Below the pieces are notes generated by a model. That model was not told where the DNA came from and did no database searches. It worked only from the letters and a program-made list of their open reading frames with translations. A program made the translations under genes and the position numbers. Source: Felis catus (taxonomy: Eukaryota). From it: 64,000 nucleotides of DNA. Each line of letters begins with the position of its first letter. The first letter of the stretch is position 1. The DNA is taken from assembly GCF_018350175.1 (NCBI RefSeq), contig NC_058368.1, positions 175,896,001-175,960,000 of the forward strand, given 5' to 3'. Below, one piece after another: positions 61,986 to 64,000 of this stretch.

Positions 61986-62064
61986 ATAACCTTGTAGGGT
62001 TGTTGGTGGAGTAAGTTACCTACTTGACAAAGACTGAGATACTGACCTCATTTCTCCATGCCCC

Positions 62065-62410
62065 TGCGGTAGTGTTATACATCCAACCCCCACCATGACT
62101 TCAGGGGATATGGAGGAAACTTCCCTGCCTTTGACTTGACTATGTCACTTGCTTTGACCACTGAGATGCTAGCAATGGTTTGAACTATGCCTGCACGACT
62201 GACATTGCCTTCTTGTGATCCTCAAAGAACCAACTAGTGTAGGGAGGATGGGCATCATGTGGAACAGACCTGGACCCAAACTACAGCCAGAGCCCAACAC
62301 AGCCAAGCCCCATGTAAACCAGGCAAACCCCAGATGACCTGCAGATGTGCAAGCTGGACACCCGAGATTCCATGTCTGTTTATTACACAGCCAACATTGA
62401 GTGCATAGTA
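62065..62410 (+). mobile_element. MaLR LTR (MLT1I/J-like)
   Basis: ttgactatgtcacttgctttgacca..catgtggaacagacctggacccaaac..ccagatgacctgcagatgtg. Confidence 0.6.
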
Positions 62411-62679
62411 AACACTCCATAAACACATGCTTTTCATATTATGATTGCTGGCGTGAGAAATTGCACACGGCTCACACAACCAGGGTATTCATTTGGAATA
62501 CCAAGTTTGTGATAGTTGGTCTCACAGTAAAAAGTTGTACTGCAAGCTCTCAAAGGTCTGTTTGGGATCTGAGCCAGCAGGCATCCCAAGGTGTGGTTGA
62601 CCAACAGAATCATTAACACACTCCCCCTCTGATCAGCATTGCTGTTTGTCACAAATTCTCCACTGCACCACCACATTCT

Positions 62680-63120
62680 CCACTCAACAATTTGACCAAT
62701 GTCTATCGAGTACCTTCAACACCTGCTAGGCGAGAGGACAAACCACAATCAACAGGACAGATAAGGCTGAGCCTTCAAGGGGCTGCATTCCAGTAGGGGA
62801 GACAGGTGACAAACATATACAGAAACAAACAAGTAGAGACTGATGAGAGCTGCGAGAGCAATAAACAGGTGAAAAGCCAATGGGCAACCGGGGAAGCCGC
62901 TTTATTTACTGGTCAAGGAGGAGGGAAGGGCAAGTGCAAGGTACAAAGTGTCCAAGGAGCCAAAAGGAGCCATGTGCGTGAGAAAGGAAGGAAGGGTGTG
63001 CATGAGAAAAGAGAAGGTTGAGCAGGGGCCTGAGGAGGACAGACTCTCGGGTTGAGACAAGAAGTCTGGATTTTATTCCCAGGGCAATGAGAAGCACTGA
63101 AGTATTGCTGAGCTAGGGCA
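62680..63120 (-). mobile_element. L2 fragment
   Basis: cactcaacaa..tatcgagtacc..ccttcaaggggctgcattccagtagggggagacag..tctggattttattcccagggcaatgagaagc. Confidence 0.7.
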
Positions 63121-63121
63121 G

Positions 63122-63613
63122 TGTATTAGGATCCTCCAAAGAAAAAGAACCAGTAGGATATGTATATCTACACCTAAATCTATATTTATAACTGTATACC
63201 TATAACTATATGGGTTTATTATCAGGAATGAACTCATACAGTTAGGAAGCCTAAGAAGTCCCACAGTCTGCCATTTGCAAGCTGGAGATACAGGAAAGCT
63301 GATGATTTAATTCAGTCTGAGTCTGAAGTCCTAAAAACTAGGGGAGCCCTAAAAACCAGGTTTCAATCCCAGCCTGAAGGCACGAGAAAAAGAGCTGAGA
63401 TGTCTCAGCACAACCAGTGAAAGTCCTCCCTCCTCCGCCTTTTGCTCCATTCAGGCCCTCAGTAGATGGGATGGTGCACACCCATACTGGGGAGGGTCAT
63501 CTACTTTACTGAGTCTTCAGATTCAAATGCTAATCTCTTCCGAAAATATCCTCACAGACACCGCCCACCGCCAGTACTCCGTGAGCGGTCAACACATACA
63601 GTTTGCCATTGCA
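63122..63613 (-). mobile_element. ERV-L LTR (MLT2B-like), 3' LTR
   Basis: tgtattaggatcctccaaagaaaaagaaccagtaggata..aagtcccacagtctgccatttgcaagctggaga..ttcaaatgctaatctcttccgaaaatatcctcacagacac. Confidence 0.88.
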
Positions 63614-64000
63614 AGCCCTCCCCTTGTCACCTTGGCTCCCAGCCCCATCTCCTTAAACTTATTATTATCTTATTCTTATCCCAAATAAAGACTTACAAAG
63701 TCTTATTATCCCAATAAAGACATCACCAATAACATAATTCCACCTAACATGATACAACTACTCTGTAAACAACCAAAAATGCACCAACCCCTTCCCCCAA
63801 AGAGGAGGTACGTCCTTGTGTGGTATTTACTCTTCTTCTTGATATCCTGTAACTTAAACCCATGATATAAAATTCACAATACTTAAGGACTATAAGGGCA
63901 ATACATCTTATGTTATATGATAAGGGAATAAGGGAAAGAAGAAAACAAAAGACATAACAAATATATTTGAGATATATATCAGATCGATACACATGTTTAT
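63614..64000 (-). mobile_element. ERV-L internal sequence (3' end, with polypurine tract), continuing past the window
   Basis: Reverse strand gacaaggggagggct directly abuts the LTR start (PPT). cataattccacctaacatgatacaacta..caaccaaaaatgcac..ccttccccaaagagg resembles ERV-L internal 3' sequence. Confidence 0.8.

Noticed and set aside
1..64000. Host protein-coding genes or a novel multi-gene system from the ORF track
   Set aside because: All ORFs are 177 aa or shorter, overlap each other on both strands, and are either low-complexity or SINE/LINE/LTR translations. I recognised no host protein domain or consistent exon chain. Small exons cannot be excluded without alignment or RNA-seq.
1..64000. 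Inferring a host gene's transcription direction from TE strand bias
   Set aside because: SINEs are 14 minus versus 8 plus, and L1/LTR elements occur on both strands. The bias is too weak and inconsistent.

Overview
Mammalian (felid/feliform carnivore) non-coding genomic DNA, either intergenic or deep intronic. The taxon call rests on about 22 copies of the tRNA-derived Can-SINE of the feliform SINEC_Fc type and carnivore-type L1 3' ends. Much of the window is transposable-element debris: L1 fragments, L2, MIR, one CR1/L3 fragment, MaLR (MLT1) and ERV-L (LTR33, MLT2) LTRs, hAT DNA transposons, and microsatellites. I can support no host protein-coding exon, RNA gene or CRISPR array, and I found no evidence for a novel biological system. 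The ORF track consists of chance ORFs and TE remnants. The most notable structures are (i) a near full-length L2 fossil at ~54.3-59.8 kb broken by a stack of nested insertions, (ii) inside it, a Tc1/mariner-superfamily non-autonomous element that still shows a readable transposase C-terminus, and (iii) a few TE-free, motif-dense segments that could be enhancers. Subfamily names come from remembered consensus sequences. Boundaries of old repeats are approximate.
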